Source: Candidatus Poseidoniales archaeon (lineage in GTDB: Archaea; Thermoplasmatota; Poseidoniia; Poseidoniales; Thalassarchaeaceae). Taken from it: a stretch of 36,184 nucleotides of DNA. Location: positions 1-36,184 of the forward strand of contig JBJLBW010000018.1 in NCBI GenBank assembly GCA_045568015.1. The letters are read 5' to 3'. Below are positions 8,720 through 18,322 of this stretch, one piece after another (position 1 is the first letter of the stretch; each line of letters opens with the position of its first letter). The notes beneath the pieces are model-generated. The model saw only the letters and a program-made list of their open reading frames with translations. It did not search any database and was not told the DNA's origin. The position numbers were made by a program, and so were the translations under genes.

Positions 8720-9646
8720 TCAGATGTCGAGTTCGATGTTGAGGTTCTGAATGAGTTCCTTGTATCGGTTTCGGATGGTCACTTCAGTCACACCTGCAAC
8801 CTCAGCAACTTCGCGCTGTGTTCGGCGCTTTCCACACAGTACACTCGCGATGTAGATAATCGATGCTGCGATTCCGGTTGGTCCACGACCACTGGTCAAT
8901 TCTTTTTCTTGAGCTGCCTTGATCAATTCGTATGCTTTGGCTTCAACCTCTGCATCTAGACCTAGACCGGAGCAGAATCGAGAGATGTAATCCTCGGGCC
9001 CAGTTGGCATGATCTTCATCTTCAGTTCACGAACCATGAATCGATATGTGCGACCGATTTCTTTGCGGCCGGTTCGACTGGCTTGTCCAATTTCGTCAAG
9101 TGTGCGAGGTACGCCACACTGTCGGCAAGCAGCATACAGACTTGCAGCTGCAACACCTTCGATTGAACGGCCACGAATCAAACGCTTCTCGACTGCCTTC
9201 TTGTAATTGACTGCCGCGGATTCGCGGACGGTCTTTGGAAGTTCAAGCCGGCTCGCCATACGATCGAGTTCTGCGAGTGCCATGGCAAGGTTGCGCTCTG
9301 TTGCGTTGCTCACACGGCTGCGCTTCTGCCACTTCCGCATACGATAGAATTGGCTTCGGTATCGACTGTTGATCGTCTTGCCAGAGTAATCCTTGTTCTG
9401 CCAATCGATATCTGTGCTGAGACCCTTGTCGTGTAGCATTACAGTCATGGGTGCACCCGTACGCGCGCGTTGGTCGCCCTGTTCAGGACTGAACACACGC
9501 CACTCTGCACCTTGATCGATCACATTGTCTTCAAGGACAAGTCCACAATCTTGGCAGACGATTTCTCCGCGCGTCTCGTCGCGGTCTAGTTTTCTCGAAT
9601 TGCATTCTGGACATTTGACAATGTCTTCTACCTGTTCATCAGCCAT
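8720..9646 (-). CDS. tfb: Transcription initiation factor IIB (TFB)
   Basis: Zn ribbon CPEC...CQDCG, B-reader [10 protein letters not shown], and two cyclin repeats ([16 protein letters not shown]; [36 protein letters not shown]). Confidence 0.98.
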   Translation of the reverse strand: MADEQVEDIVKCPECNSRKLDRDETRGEIVCQDCGLVLEDNVIDQGAEWRVFSPEQGDQRARTGAPMTVMLHDKGLSTDIDWQNKDYSGKTINSRYRSQFYRMRKWQKRSRVSNATERNLAMALAELDRMASRLELPKTVRESAAVNYKKAVEKRLIRGRSIEGVAAASLYAACRQCGVPRTLDEIGQASRTGRKEIGRTYRFMVRELKMKIMPTGPEDYISRFCSGLGLDAEVEAKAYELIKAAQEKELTSGRGPTGIAASIIYIASVLCGKRRTQREVAEVAGVTEVTIRNRYKELIQNLNIELDI

Positions 9647-9889
9647 AATTTCACATCCTTCTCCTTACCATTAAACTAAGAGGAAGTGATATAACCCCCA
9701 ATGGGGATGTTATTTAAAATTGATGGATTCATATATCGTTGATTTTGGTTTTAAAAAACCAATAAAATTTGGGAAAAAATACACATTTTCCTCCACCTAC
9801 GGTGGAGGGGATGGGTAAGCCCGTATCGGTATCGGGCTGTTTCCGAACCGTCATATAGGCGCGCCCATTAGAGAAATCTGGGTGAGTTT
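9647..9889. promoter_or_regulatory. Divergent promoter region between tfb and the aconitase-family gene, with several inverted repeats
   Basis: AT-rich. TATA-like TTTTAAATA (minus strand, about 9711-9719) and TCATATA (plus strand, about 9851-9857). GGTGA SD at 9881-9885. Inverted repeats at 9691-9713, 9745-9762, 9790-9808 and 9818-9838. Confidence 0.6.
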
Positions 9890-11887
9890 GTGTCCGTGTC
9901 CTGGCCTCCGGAATCGATTGCACTCAACCCAGGGAAACGGGTTCTCTTTTTGACCAAGGATTTGAATCTCATCAAAGAACAATTGTACAATGGTTTGGAT
10001 CTAAGGATGGAGGACTTGTCCGTCGATGATCTTCTCGATGATATCAACACGGATGTCATGACGCCGGCTTGGGTTTGTTTCGACCATGAGCCTAGTGTTA
10101 TCGCTGAAAATGCATATGCGGGATTGCTCCATGAAGGTCAACGAGTTTTCGAATCTGGCGCGTTGAAGAATGGTGGGTTTGAGGTTATTGTCAGTGGTCA
10201 CAGAAAGGGCACTGGTAGCAGCCGAGAAACCGCACCCCAATGTGAAAGGTGGTCAGGGATTCGGGTTGTAATCGCAGCTTCATTCGCCCCTATTCATGAG
10301 AGGAATAACATCAACCTCGGACAAGTTATGGGCGACCATGCAATGTTAGAAAGATTGCAAAATGGGGAATCGATTCAACTCTCTGAATTTACCGAACATT
10401 ACGATTCGGTCACTCGCTTGATTCTTGAGAATGGGGGGATACTCCCCTTTGCCAAGAAATTGAAGGCAGGGGAAATCGAACTACCTCCAGTCTCTACTGA
10501 ACAACGTGGAATGACGATGGTTGAGAAGATTGTTGCAAACAAGCTGATTGGACGAAATGGCGAGGCGTGCTATGTATCTCCGGGTGATGCCGTGCTAGCT
10601 GCTGTTGATGGTGGCTACAGTCATGAGTTCACCACCGCCCAAGTTCACAATTTCCTTGCTGAGGAATATGGGGCTGACTATGCGATTCCCAATCCACCAA
10701 AGTTCGCTGTCTTTGAGGACCACTTGCTCTATGCGACCGGTGTGCCAAGGTTCGGGCCATTCGCCGATAAGATTCAGACGTTGAGAGATTTGCAAGTAGC
10801 GTTCCAGCAACATACCGGGGTTCGAGATTACTCAGCCAAAGATGGGATCAGTCCTGGGATCTGTCACCAAGTGGCAAGAGAGGAATTCATTGACGTTGGC
10901 GATTTCATCCAAGCGACGGATAGTCACACCTGTATGGGTGGGGCGTCCAATGCTCTGACCTACGGTGTGGGTTCAACGGAATACGCCAATCTTGTTTACA
11001 ACCAATTTGCATTCGTCAAAGTTCCCGAAAGTATCCGATTCGAACTCACGGGCACACTGAATCCAGGATGCACTGCAAAAGATGTGATTCTCCACATTTT
11101 GTGGCATTACGCGAAACATTCCGATACCCTCGATCGTTCGATGGAATTTGGTGGCCCTGGTCTGGCATCGATTTCAATGGATGAGCGCGCGACATTGTGC
11201 AACATGGCGACCGAATGTAGTGCAAAGACTGGGATTTGTGATCCAGATCAGTTGACCATCGATTGGTTGCTCTCTCGCCGAGATAATTTGACCGAAGAAG
11301 GGATTCGTTCCGCTTTCGTGTTTGCTGATCCTGATGCCCATTACGATGGTGGAATACACACGATTAATCTCGATGAGATTCGGCCGATGGTCGCTCACCC
11401 TGGGAACCCAGATGAGGGGGTTCCTTCCGATCCAACCAATGGCGCCTACATCGATGAAATCGGTGATGTGGAGATAGATATCGCCTATGCAGGCTCTTGC
11501 ACCGCTGGTAAGGATGACGACTTCGCATACTATGCAATGGTGACGAAAGCGGCATTGGATGCCGGGCTCACTGTAGCGGATGGTGTGGATTGTTACATCC
11601 AATTTGGATCGAAGACTGTGAAGGAACTCTCAGAGCGCAACGGTTGGACTGCAATGTTCGCTGAAGCGGGTGTGAAATTGATTGATCCCGGTTGTGGCGC
11701 TTGTATCGGTGCTGGCCCGGGTGTCAGTGACGATTCCGAACAAGTCACGGTTTCGGCCATCAACCGAAATTTCCAGGGACGCTCAGGCCCAGGTAAGTTG
11801 TATTTGGCCAGCCCACTCACTGTCATGGCATCGGCGTTCACAGGGAAAATTACAGCATGGAAAACTGGGCTTTTTGAAAAGGTGTAA
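9890..11887 (+). CDS. Aconitase-family [4Fe-4S] hydro-lyase: 3-isopropylmalate dehydratase-like small (swivel) subunit fused N-terminally to the large subunit
   Basis: N-terminal LeuD-like DDINTDVMTPA and GTGSSRETAP..GIRVVIAASFAPIH.RN.IN.G. LeuC-like MTMVEKI, EDH, GICHQV, TDSHTC.GG, MDERATLCNM, cluster cysteines GSCT and PGCGACIG, and NRNFQGRSG..YLASP. Confidence 0.85.
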   Translation: MSVSWPPESIALNPGKRVLFLTKDLNLIKEQLYNGLDLRMEDLSVDDLLDDINTDVMTPAWVCFDHEPSVIAENAYAGLLHEGQRVFESGALKNGGFEVIVSGHRKGTGSSRETAPQCERWSGIRVVIAASFAPIHERNNINLGQVMGDHAMLERLQNGESIQLSEFTEHYDSVTRLILENGGILPFAKKLKAGEIELPPVSTEQRGMTMVEKIVANKLIGRNGEACYVSPGDAVLAAVDGGYSHEFTTAQVHNFLAEEYGADYAIPNPPKFAVFEDHLLYATGVPRFGPFADKIQTLRDLQVAFQQHTGVRDYSAKDGISPGICHQVAREEFIDVGDFIQATDSHTCMGGASNALTYGVGSTEYANLVYNQFAFVKVPESIRFELTGTLNPGCTAKDVILHILWHYAKHSDTLDRSMEFGGPGLASISMDERATLCNMATECSAKTGICDPDQLTIDWLLSRRDNLTEEGIRSAFVFADPDAHYDGGIHTINLDEIRPMVAHPGNPDEGVPSDPTNGAYIDEIGDVEIDIAYAGSCTAGKDDDFAYYAMVTKAALDAGLTVADGVDCYIQFGSKTVKELSERNGWTAMFAEAGVKLIDPGCGACIGAGPGVSDDSEQVTVSAINRNFQGRSGPGKLYLASPLTVMASAFTGKITAWKTGLFEKV

Positions 11888-11890
11888 CCC

Positions 11891-14020
11891 ATGGATATTG
11901 TACTCATTCTTTCTTTCCTGTTCTTCATGTCGGTCTTTGCCGGCGTCGGGATGGCTTCGATGCTTGTCAAGCAAGATACAACCGATGATTATCTCGTGGC
12001 TGGACGAGGGATGCATCCTGCTCTCGCCGCTCTATCGGCAGTCAGTACTTGGAACTCCGGATACATGTTCATTGGATTTATTGGATTCATTTACTTGATG
12101 GGTTATTCTGTAATTTGGTTGGCGTTGGTTTCGACAGCAGGACAAGTCCTAGCTTGGATTTGGCTTTACAAATTCATTCAAGAAGAAGGGCAAGAGAGAG
12201 GGCTCAGATCTCTATCTTCATTGGTTGCTGAGAAAGCTGGAGCGCCTGAAGCAAAATTGGCGGCTGTACTCTCTGTTCTATTCCTCAGCGTCTATGCGGC
12301 CGCCCAACTCACATCTGGAGGGAAGGCGCTCTACGTCATGATGGGGTGGTCTGAGATGGTTGGAATCCTGATTGGATTTGTACTCGTGGTTGCCTACTGT
12401 TACGCAGGTGGGATTCGCGCATCGATTTGGACCGATGCTGCACAATCATGCGTGATGGTAGTTGGATCCACGATTCTCTGTTGGATTGCGGTTGACACAG
12501 TAGGAGGGTTTGGTGGGTTACATGCAGGACTTGAAGCACAAGATCCGTTGTTGACAAAATTCTATCCTCCCGATTTGAAATTTGGAATTTCAATGTGGGC
12601 CTTTGCATTCTTCTTGGGAGGATTGGGTGTTGCGGGCCAGCCTCAAGTGGTGTCAAGAGTGATGACGCTGGGTTCAGAGAGTGACCGTAAGCAAGCGATG
12701 ATCTGGTTCTTTGTTTGGCAAACACCTTTCATCGTCCTTATGTTCATCATCGGCCTTGCGAGTCGTGTATTGTTTGGTTCGTTCGGTGGATTTGATGCTG
12801 AACTTGGATTGCCAACGATAGCGATGGCAACCATGCCCGCCATTGGAGTGGGTATGGTTCTCGCATCCATTTTTGCCGCAACGATGTCAACGGCTGACAG
12901 TCAGGTCCTCGCGTGTACGGCTGCGATTACCGATGATATCAAACCGGAATGGAGAGGGGATTACAAGACGACGAAGATTGTCACACTTGTCGTAGCTGCT
13001 TTCGCTACACTGATTTCAATCGGTGGACTATACATCCCTGGTGGAGACTCTGTATTCCTCTTGGTGGTTCTAGCCGTTTACGGACTCGGTGGTATTTTCA
13101 TTCCACTGTTGACGATTCGTTGGATGGGATACAAGCCCGATTCTACACATTCGATTGCCATGATGGTTGCAGCATTCACTGGTGTAATCGGTTGGATATT
13201 GCTTGGATTCGGTGGTGCAGATGGAATCTTCCCCTCCGTACCCGGCATGGGTGCAGCATTCGCCACTCACTTCATCATGAATGCAATTCGAACGCCTGAC
13301 GTATCTTCGCTTGGAAGATTCGAGTTGCCGGATCAGAAGAAAATGGGTGCAATCGCTGCCGCTATCCTGATTCCATTTTGTGCCTTTGAAGTCTCATATC
13401 TCGTTGCGGGGCCAAGTAATTCATCCGGAGGTGTTGGCGATTATGTTGTGATTATACAAGAGGATTGGCAGACATTGGCCCAAGGTACCGAGTACGTTTC
13501 CGATGGAGAAACCCTGACCCTGGAATTCGATACTGATTCGATTGAATCGTGGCCAAATGGTGACAATGTGGTCGGTGTTTGGGTTACTCTCACCTATAAT
13601 GAAGACGAAACTAGCGGCGGATTAGGTTGCCTTGCTTCCGGCGGAGGTGCTGAGGCGGATACGATTACTGGGGCGATTACTCGTGGTGAATTCAACAACT
13701 CAGAATCAGGAATGAATAGTGATGATGGTACCCAAAGTCACTATCTGCAATCCACATGGTATGATGAAGAATGGATTGATTTTGTTTGGTTTAATGGACT
13801 AGTTTCTGGGTACAGTGAATCTGAAATTGAAGACAAACTGGATGTGGGAGGTGTGGGGCTTGGCGACTACAAACTTGACATTACAGTCGATGTTGAGATG
13901 GGTGGAGCGGCGGGCTGTTCGCACAGTGATGATGGGGAAGAAGTGGATTATTGGATTGAAGTTGTGACAATGAGTCAAACAATCATTCCATTTGATGAAT
14001 TCTTAGGTGACCTCGTTTGA
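11891..14020 (+). CDS. Sodium:solute symporter (PutP/proline-like) with a C-terminal extracellular domain
   Basis: DDYLVAGRG, ALSAVSTWNSGYMFIG, GGIRASIWTDAAQ, GQPQVVSRVM and AATMSTADSQ motifs. About 13 TM helices plus an extra TM and an acidic tail of about 200 aa. Confidence 0.9.
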   Translation: MDIVLILSFLFFMSVFAGVGMASMLVKQDTTDDYLVAGRGMHPALAALSAVSTWNSGYMFIGFIGFIYLMGYSVIWLALVSTAGQVLAWIWLYKFIQEEGQERGLRSLSSLVAEKAGAPEAKLAAVLSVLFLSVYAAAQLTSGGKALYVMMGWSEMVGILIGFVLVVAYCYAGGIRASIWTDAAQSCVMVVGSTILCWIAVDTVGGFGGLHAGLEAQDPLLTKFYPPDLKFGISMWAFAFFLGGLGVAGQPQVVSRVMTLGSESDRKQAMIWFFVWQTPFIVLMFIIGLASRVLFGSFGGFDAELGLPTIAMATMPAIGVGMVLASIFAATMSTADSQVLACTAAITDDIKPEWRGDYKTTKIVTLVVAAFATLISIGGLYIPGGDSVFLLVVLAVYGLGGIFIPLLTIRWMGYKPDSTHSIAMMVAAFTGVIGWILLGFGGADGIFPSVPGMGAAFATHFIMNAIRTPDVSSLGRFELPDQKKMGAIAAAILIPFCAFEVSYLVAGPSNSSGGVGDYVVIIQEDWQTLAQGTEYVSDGETLTLEFDTDSIESWPNGDNVVGVWVTLTYNEDETSGGLGCLASGGGAEADTITGAITRGEFNNSESGMNSDDGTQSHYLQSTWYDEEWIDFVWFNGLVSGYSESEIEDKLDVGGVGLGDYKLDITVDVEMGGAAGCSHSDDGEEVDYWIEVVTMSQTIIPFDEFLGDLV

Positions 14021-14142
14021 GGCAGAAATCCTGTTTTGTTCCTTGAGGCTTATACGCTGTCGCGATGCCCGAGCGGTTTGCGGCCTGCTGGCCCCTCCGC
14101 ATTGGGCGTAGGGAGGACCTGGAGCCGTGGAGCGCGAGGCAC

Positions 14143-16281
14143 ATGGCAAGAAAGTCATCTGGAATGCAGCAGGCAAGCATCAGTGAATTCTTTGAGAAGA
14201 ACAAACACTTTCTGGGCTTCGATACGCTACCACGGTCCATCATCACAGCAGTCAAAGAATCTGTAGACAACTCATTGGATGCTGCGGAAGAGCATCGGAT
14301 TTTACCTGAGATCTCAATTGAAGTTTACAAGGTTCCCGGAAAGAAAGACCTGCTGCGATTGGTGACTCGGGACAATGGTCCTGGAATTGCTCAAAAATCG
14401 ATTTCAAAGGTATTTGGTTCGCTACTGTTTGGTTCACGGTTCCACACCATTCGACAAACTCGGGGGCAACAGGGGATTGGAATTACTGGTGTGGTCATGT
14501 ACAGCCAATTGACGACTGGTAAGCCGACCGCTGTGATTTCAAAAATCGCAAGAGATGCGAGTGCGGTTCGAGTCAATATCGGATTGGATACGAAGAAGAA
14601 CAAAGCCATCCTTAGCAACGAAAAGAGATTCTCAGAAGATGATGTGAATGAGGCGAAGGGGCTTCATTGGATTGGGGATCATGGTATTCGAATCGAGACC
14701 CTCATGAAAGCAAAGTATCAGCGTGGTAAACAATCCGTACATCAATATCTCAAGATGACCAGTATTGTCAACCCACATGCGAGTATTGATTTCAAAGCCT
14801 ATGACGAAGAGGGCTCAATCATTGATGAGGCATCGTGGCCCCGTGTCACCGATGAGTTGCCTCGTCCTGTCAAGGACATCAAACCACACCCACATGGTTT
14901 GGAAATTGGGACGCTGCAACGCTTGCTTCGCGATACGAAGGTTCCCAGTGAAGGCGAAGGCGCGAACACACCGCTCCGGTATTTCCTCAGACACACATTT
15001 TCTTCTGTCACAAACCCCCGGGCTCAAGACATCATCAGCAAAGCCGGATTGGCGCCCAAGGATAAGCCGCACTTGCTGAAGCCGGATCAAGTGAGTGATC
15101 TTCTCGCGGCTTTTGGAAAGGTCAAACTCACGGCCCCTCCAACCGATTGTCTTTCTCCAATCGAAGATTTACTCATCAAAAAAGGTCTTTCGAAGGCCAT
15201 TGATTCTCGATTTGTTTCAACGGTCACCCGAGAGCCCAAAGTGACCAATGGCAACCCCTTCCAAGTCGAAGTTGGACTCATCTTTGGAGGGGATTTACCC
15301 GGGGATCAGCCGATCCAAGTGCTGCGTTTTGCAAATCGTGTACCCTTGATGTACCAACAGGGTGGATGTCTTCTAACAAAGGCACTCGAATCGGTCGATT
15401 GGAAGCGGTATGGATTGGATCATCCAGGTGGTAGAGGCATCCCCAAGGGTCCTGCTGCAGTATTGATTCATCTTGCAAGCACCAACGTACAATTTACCAG
15501 CGAGGCAAAGGAAGCGCTCTCAGACAATGTCGATGTTCACGATGAAATTCGACTCGCGATGCTCGAGGTTGGCCGTGGATTGCGAAATCACCTCAAGAAG
15601 CAAAAGCAGAAGGCGAAAGCGCAAGAAAAGTTTGAACTTGTCAATATCATATTGCCTGAAATTCACGATAAGGCCATCGGAATTTTAGGGGCTGAGCCGG
15701 TTCCATTGGCTCCAGTCATTACCAAGATTATGAATGCCGTATTCCTTGAAGAAAAGATCGAATGGGAAAAGGAAGAGAAGGTTACTAGAGCAACGGTTGA
15801 GGTTTACAATTACACCGCGCGACCTCGCGCATACACCTTGCTGTCTACTTGGCCCGAACGGGATGGTGTCGAGATGATTGACAACCAAAGAGGCGGTAAA
15901 AGAGAGGCGAAGGGGTTGTGGGCTTGGAAACTCGAGACACTTGATCCGGGAACTTCTACGACTGTGACATTTACAGTTGGAGGGTTGTCGAAAGGTGATT
16001 GGACCGAATTTGACATCTTTTTCCGTGGGGCTGGCGACATCATTGGTGCGACTAAGATCGATGAAGAAATCCTAGCGGAAATGCTGCGTGAAGAAGATGC
16101 GGGCGTCGAGGACGAAGATGAATCTGCAGATGAATCGTCAGAAGTGGTGATTGAAGATGTGGTCAGTGAAGAACCTGCAGAGTATGTTGAGGTTGAACCC
16201 GACGTGGTTTTCAAAGGGGCAGAGATGGAGGCTGAACCAGAACAAGGTTGGTTCGGTGTTGGAAGAGGTGAGGAAGAATGA
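14143..16281 (+). CDS. top6B: DNA topoisomerase VI subunit B
   Basis: SISEFFEKNKHFLGFD, GHKL motifs KESVDNSLDA, DNGPGI and RGQQGIG, KPHPHG, RFANRVPL, FTSEAKEA. ATG at 14143 (MARKSS) preferred over 14065. Confidence 0.97.
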   Translation: MARKSSGMQQASISEFFEKNKHFLGFDTLPRSIITAVKESVDNSLDAAEEHRILPEISIEVYKVPGKKDLLRLVTRDNGPGIAQKSISKVFGSLLFGSRFHTIRQTRGQQGIGITGVVMYSQLTTGKPTAVISKIARDASAVRVNIGLDTKKNKAILSNEKRFSEDDVNEAKGLHWIGDHGIRIETLMKAKYQRGKQSVHQYLKMTSIVNPHASIDFKAYDEEGSIIDEASWPRVTDELPRPVKDIKPHPHGLEIGTLQRLLRDTKVPSEGEGANTPLRYFLRHTFSSVTNPRAQDIISKAGLAPKDKPHLLKPDQVSDLLAAFGKVKLTAPPTDCLSPIEDLLIKKGLSKAIDSRFVSTVTREPKVTNGNPFQVEVGLIFGGDLPGDQPIQVLRFANRVPLMYQQGGCLLTKALESVDWKRYGLDHPGGRGIPKGPAAVLIHLASTNVQFTSEAKEALSDNVDVHDEIRLAMLEVGRGLRNHLKKQKQKAKAQEKFELVNIILPEIHDKAIGILGAEPVPLAPVITKIMNAVFLEEKIEWEKEEKVTRATVEVYNYTARPRAYTLLSTWPERDGVEMIDNQRGGKREAKGLWAWKLETLDPGTSTTVTFTVGGLSKGDWTEFDIFFRGAGDIIGATKIDEEILAEMLREEDAGVEDEDESADESSEVVIEDVVSEEPAEYVEVEPDVVFKGAEMEAEPEQGWFGVGRGEEE

Positions 16282-17384
16282 GTGTAACGCAAAGAAAAAC
16301 GAAAGAAGAAGTGGTGGAAAATCTCCACGGTGTAGCTCGAGAGATGTACAAACGAATGTCGAAGGGCGAGGCGCCGACCATGACCTTGCCTGTTCGGACC
16401 AAGAACAACATTGGGTTTGACGATAAATTAGGTGTTTACAAATATGGTAGTAAGCGCTCTATTCGGGATGCTACGAGCCTGGGGAGTGCCAGACAACTAC
16501 TACGGGCATTGCACATCATCGAATTTATTGAAGAGATGATTGGAGGTGGGAAATCTTCGACTCTTCGTGAAATGTACTACATCTCGGAGGCTTGGGGCCA
16601 TGGTAAATTTGGTTCCCAAAACGAGAGCAACAACCTCGCTGAAGATCTTGAAATTGTCACCAAGTGTTTACGAGAAGACTTCAAACTCCGACCTGAAGAA
16701 GATGGTGCGCGAATGATTGGGAATCTAACGCTAAATGAGCGAAATCGTCGTGGCGAATGGATGCGAATCAATGCACGTGATGATGTTGGCGATTCGGGTT
16801 ATGGTGTGCCATACAATGTAGAGACTGAAAAGATAGAATTGGTTGAGCATGACATTGATTTCATCATGGCGATCGAGACGGGTGGTATGTTTGACCGACT
16901 TGTCGAAAATGGATTTGATGAAGACTTCCGTTGTGGCTTACTTCACCTGAAAGGGCAGCCTGCTCGTTCAACAAGACGGATCATGAAACGGATGAATGAA
17001 GAATGGAATGTGCCGATTATTGTCTTCCTCGACGGGGATCCGTGGTCGTTCCGAATCTTTGCCAGTATTGCCTATGGTGCGATTAAGACTGCGCACATCT
17101 CCGAATATCTCGCGACGCCTTCTGCTCAATATTTGGGTATCACTGCAGATGATATTGAAGCCTATGATTTGCCAAGCGATAAGCTCTCGAGCAAGGACGT
17201 TGAGGCGTTGAAGGCTGAATTGAGTGACCCTAGATTTGCCGAGGGTTGGTGGCAAGAACAAATTCAGATGATGCTATCATTAGACAAGAAGGCTGAGCAA
17301 CAGTCTCTAGCAAAGTATGGTTTGGATTTCGTTACAGATACATATCTTCCCGAAAAATTGGCAGAAATCGGACTTGGCAATTGA
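16278..17384 (+). CDS. top6A: DNA topoisomerase VI subunit A
   Basis: TLREMYY catalytic tyrosine motif, TOPRIM IETGG and DGDP, and KAEQQSL. ATGA overlap with top6B and a GAGGTGA SD. Confidence 0.97.
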   Translation: MSVTQRKTKEEVVENLHGVAREMYKRMSKGEAPTMTLPVRTKNNIGFDDKLGVYKYGSKRSIRDATSLGSARQLLRALHIIEFIEEMIGGGKSSTLREMYYISEAWGHGKFGSQNESNNLAEDLEIVTKCLREDFKLRPEEDGARMIGNLTLNERNRRGEWMRINARDDVGDSGYGVPYNVETEKIELVEHDIDFIMAIETGGMFDRLVENGFDEDFRCGLLHLKGQPARSTRRIMKRMNEEWNVPIIVFLDGDPWSFRIFASIAYGAIKTAHISEYLATPSAQYLGITADDIEAYDLPSDKLSSKDVEALKAELSDPRFAEGWWQEQIQMMLSLDKKAEQQSLAKYGLDFVTDTYLPEKLAEIGLGN

Positions 17385-17415
17385 ACATAACTGACATGAA
17401 CGTTGACAGTGAGGC

Positions 17416-18270
17416 GTGGTTGTGAGCCAAAGCGTGTGGCCGAAGCGATTGTTGATTGCTGGCGCGATTATACTGAGTGTGTCCATCGCGGTAATGGTAT
17501 CTGTATGGCCATCTTGGATGGAGACTCTCGACCCTGAAGAAAACCATCTATTGAAATTGGATGGGAATGACAATGGGACCGTCAACCTCAGCAAAGAGAG
17601 CTCATACCTCTTATTTCGGCTTGAAAGTGGGGCTCATAACTGCACGGTAATCGAAGATGCCACTGGAACAGAAGTCACCATTGGCTCTCCGAGTTGGATT
17701 CAATCGGATCGAGAGGGGGTTGATGGTGAATGGTACTATGCTGTCGGTACATTCATTCCCGACGAAAGTGGTTCACATGACATTCAGAATAATGGCGGAG
17801 ATGATGATATTCTATGGGTCATCGACGAAATGAGTTTGGCCAGTAATTCTGATTCAACATACATTACTGGTGGCTGCCTTGGCATCATCCTTGGTGGGTG
17901 TCTATTGCCAATCGCTTTTGGATTGTGGATGAGTGGTCGAAAGAGTTCACAGAATACCGGACTTGTGATGCAAACTGCCAATGGGGTGATGATTCCAATC
18001 GCTCCAACGGATGGAGCTGTTCAGCAACGTGTGCCAACAACCGATGAAATCTGGCGAAGTGTGCATGGTGGAGAAGTACTCGACCTGACGGTTCAACAGG
18101 TGCCTGCCGGAGATGAAACCCCTGCACCTTTCGCTGATCGTCCCGACCGTGGGGGGGAATTGGCAAAGGTTGTCGATGATATTGAGACCGTCGAAGAATC
18201 AGTGCCGCAGTCTATCGAAGATGATGGCGAACCAACCGAAGGTGGTTGGAAGTCATGGGACGAGGGGTGA
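17416..18270 (+). CDS. Hypothetical membrane protein (N-terminal TM, extracellular beta domain, second TM, acidic cytoplasmic tail)
   Basis: Hydrophobic segments LLIAGAIILSVSIAVMVSVW and GGCLGIILGGCLLPIAFGLW. Fills the gap between top6A and the regulator. Start codon uncertain (GTG). Confidence 0.75.
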   Translation: MVVSQSVWPKRLLIAGAIILSVSIAVMVSVWPSWMETLDPEENHLLKLDGNDNGTVNLSKESSYLLFRLESGAHNCTVIEDATGTEVTIGSPSWIQSDREGVDGEWYYAVGTFIPDESGSHDIQNNGGDDDILWVIDEMSLASNSDSTYITGGCLGIILGGCLLPIAFGLWMSGRKSSQNTGLVMQTANGVMIPIAPTDGAVQQRVPTTDEIWRSVHGGEVLDLTVQQVPAGDETPAPFADRPDRGGELAKVVDDIETVEESVPQSIEDDGEPTEGGWKSWDEG

Positions 18271-18322
18271 ACCAGACGAGGATTCATAGGAGTCCGATGG
18301 CTAGTTAACATCGGGTTGTGAA

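Noticed and set aside
15700-16281. C-terminal extension and acidic tail of Top6B
   Set aside because: C-terminal Ig-like extensions are already known in euryarchaeal Top6B, and acidic low-complexity tails are common in this window.
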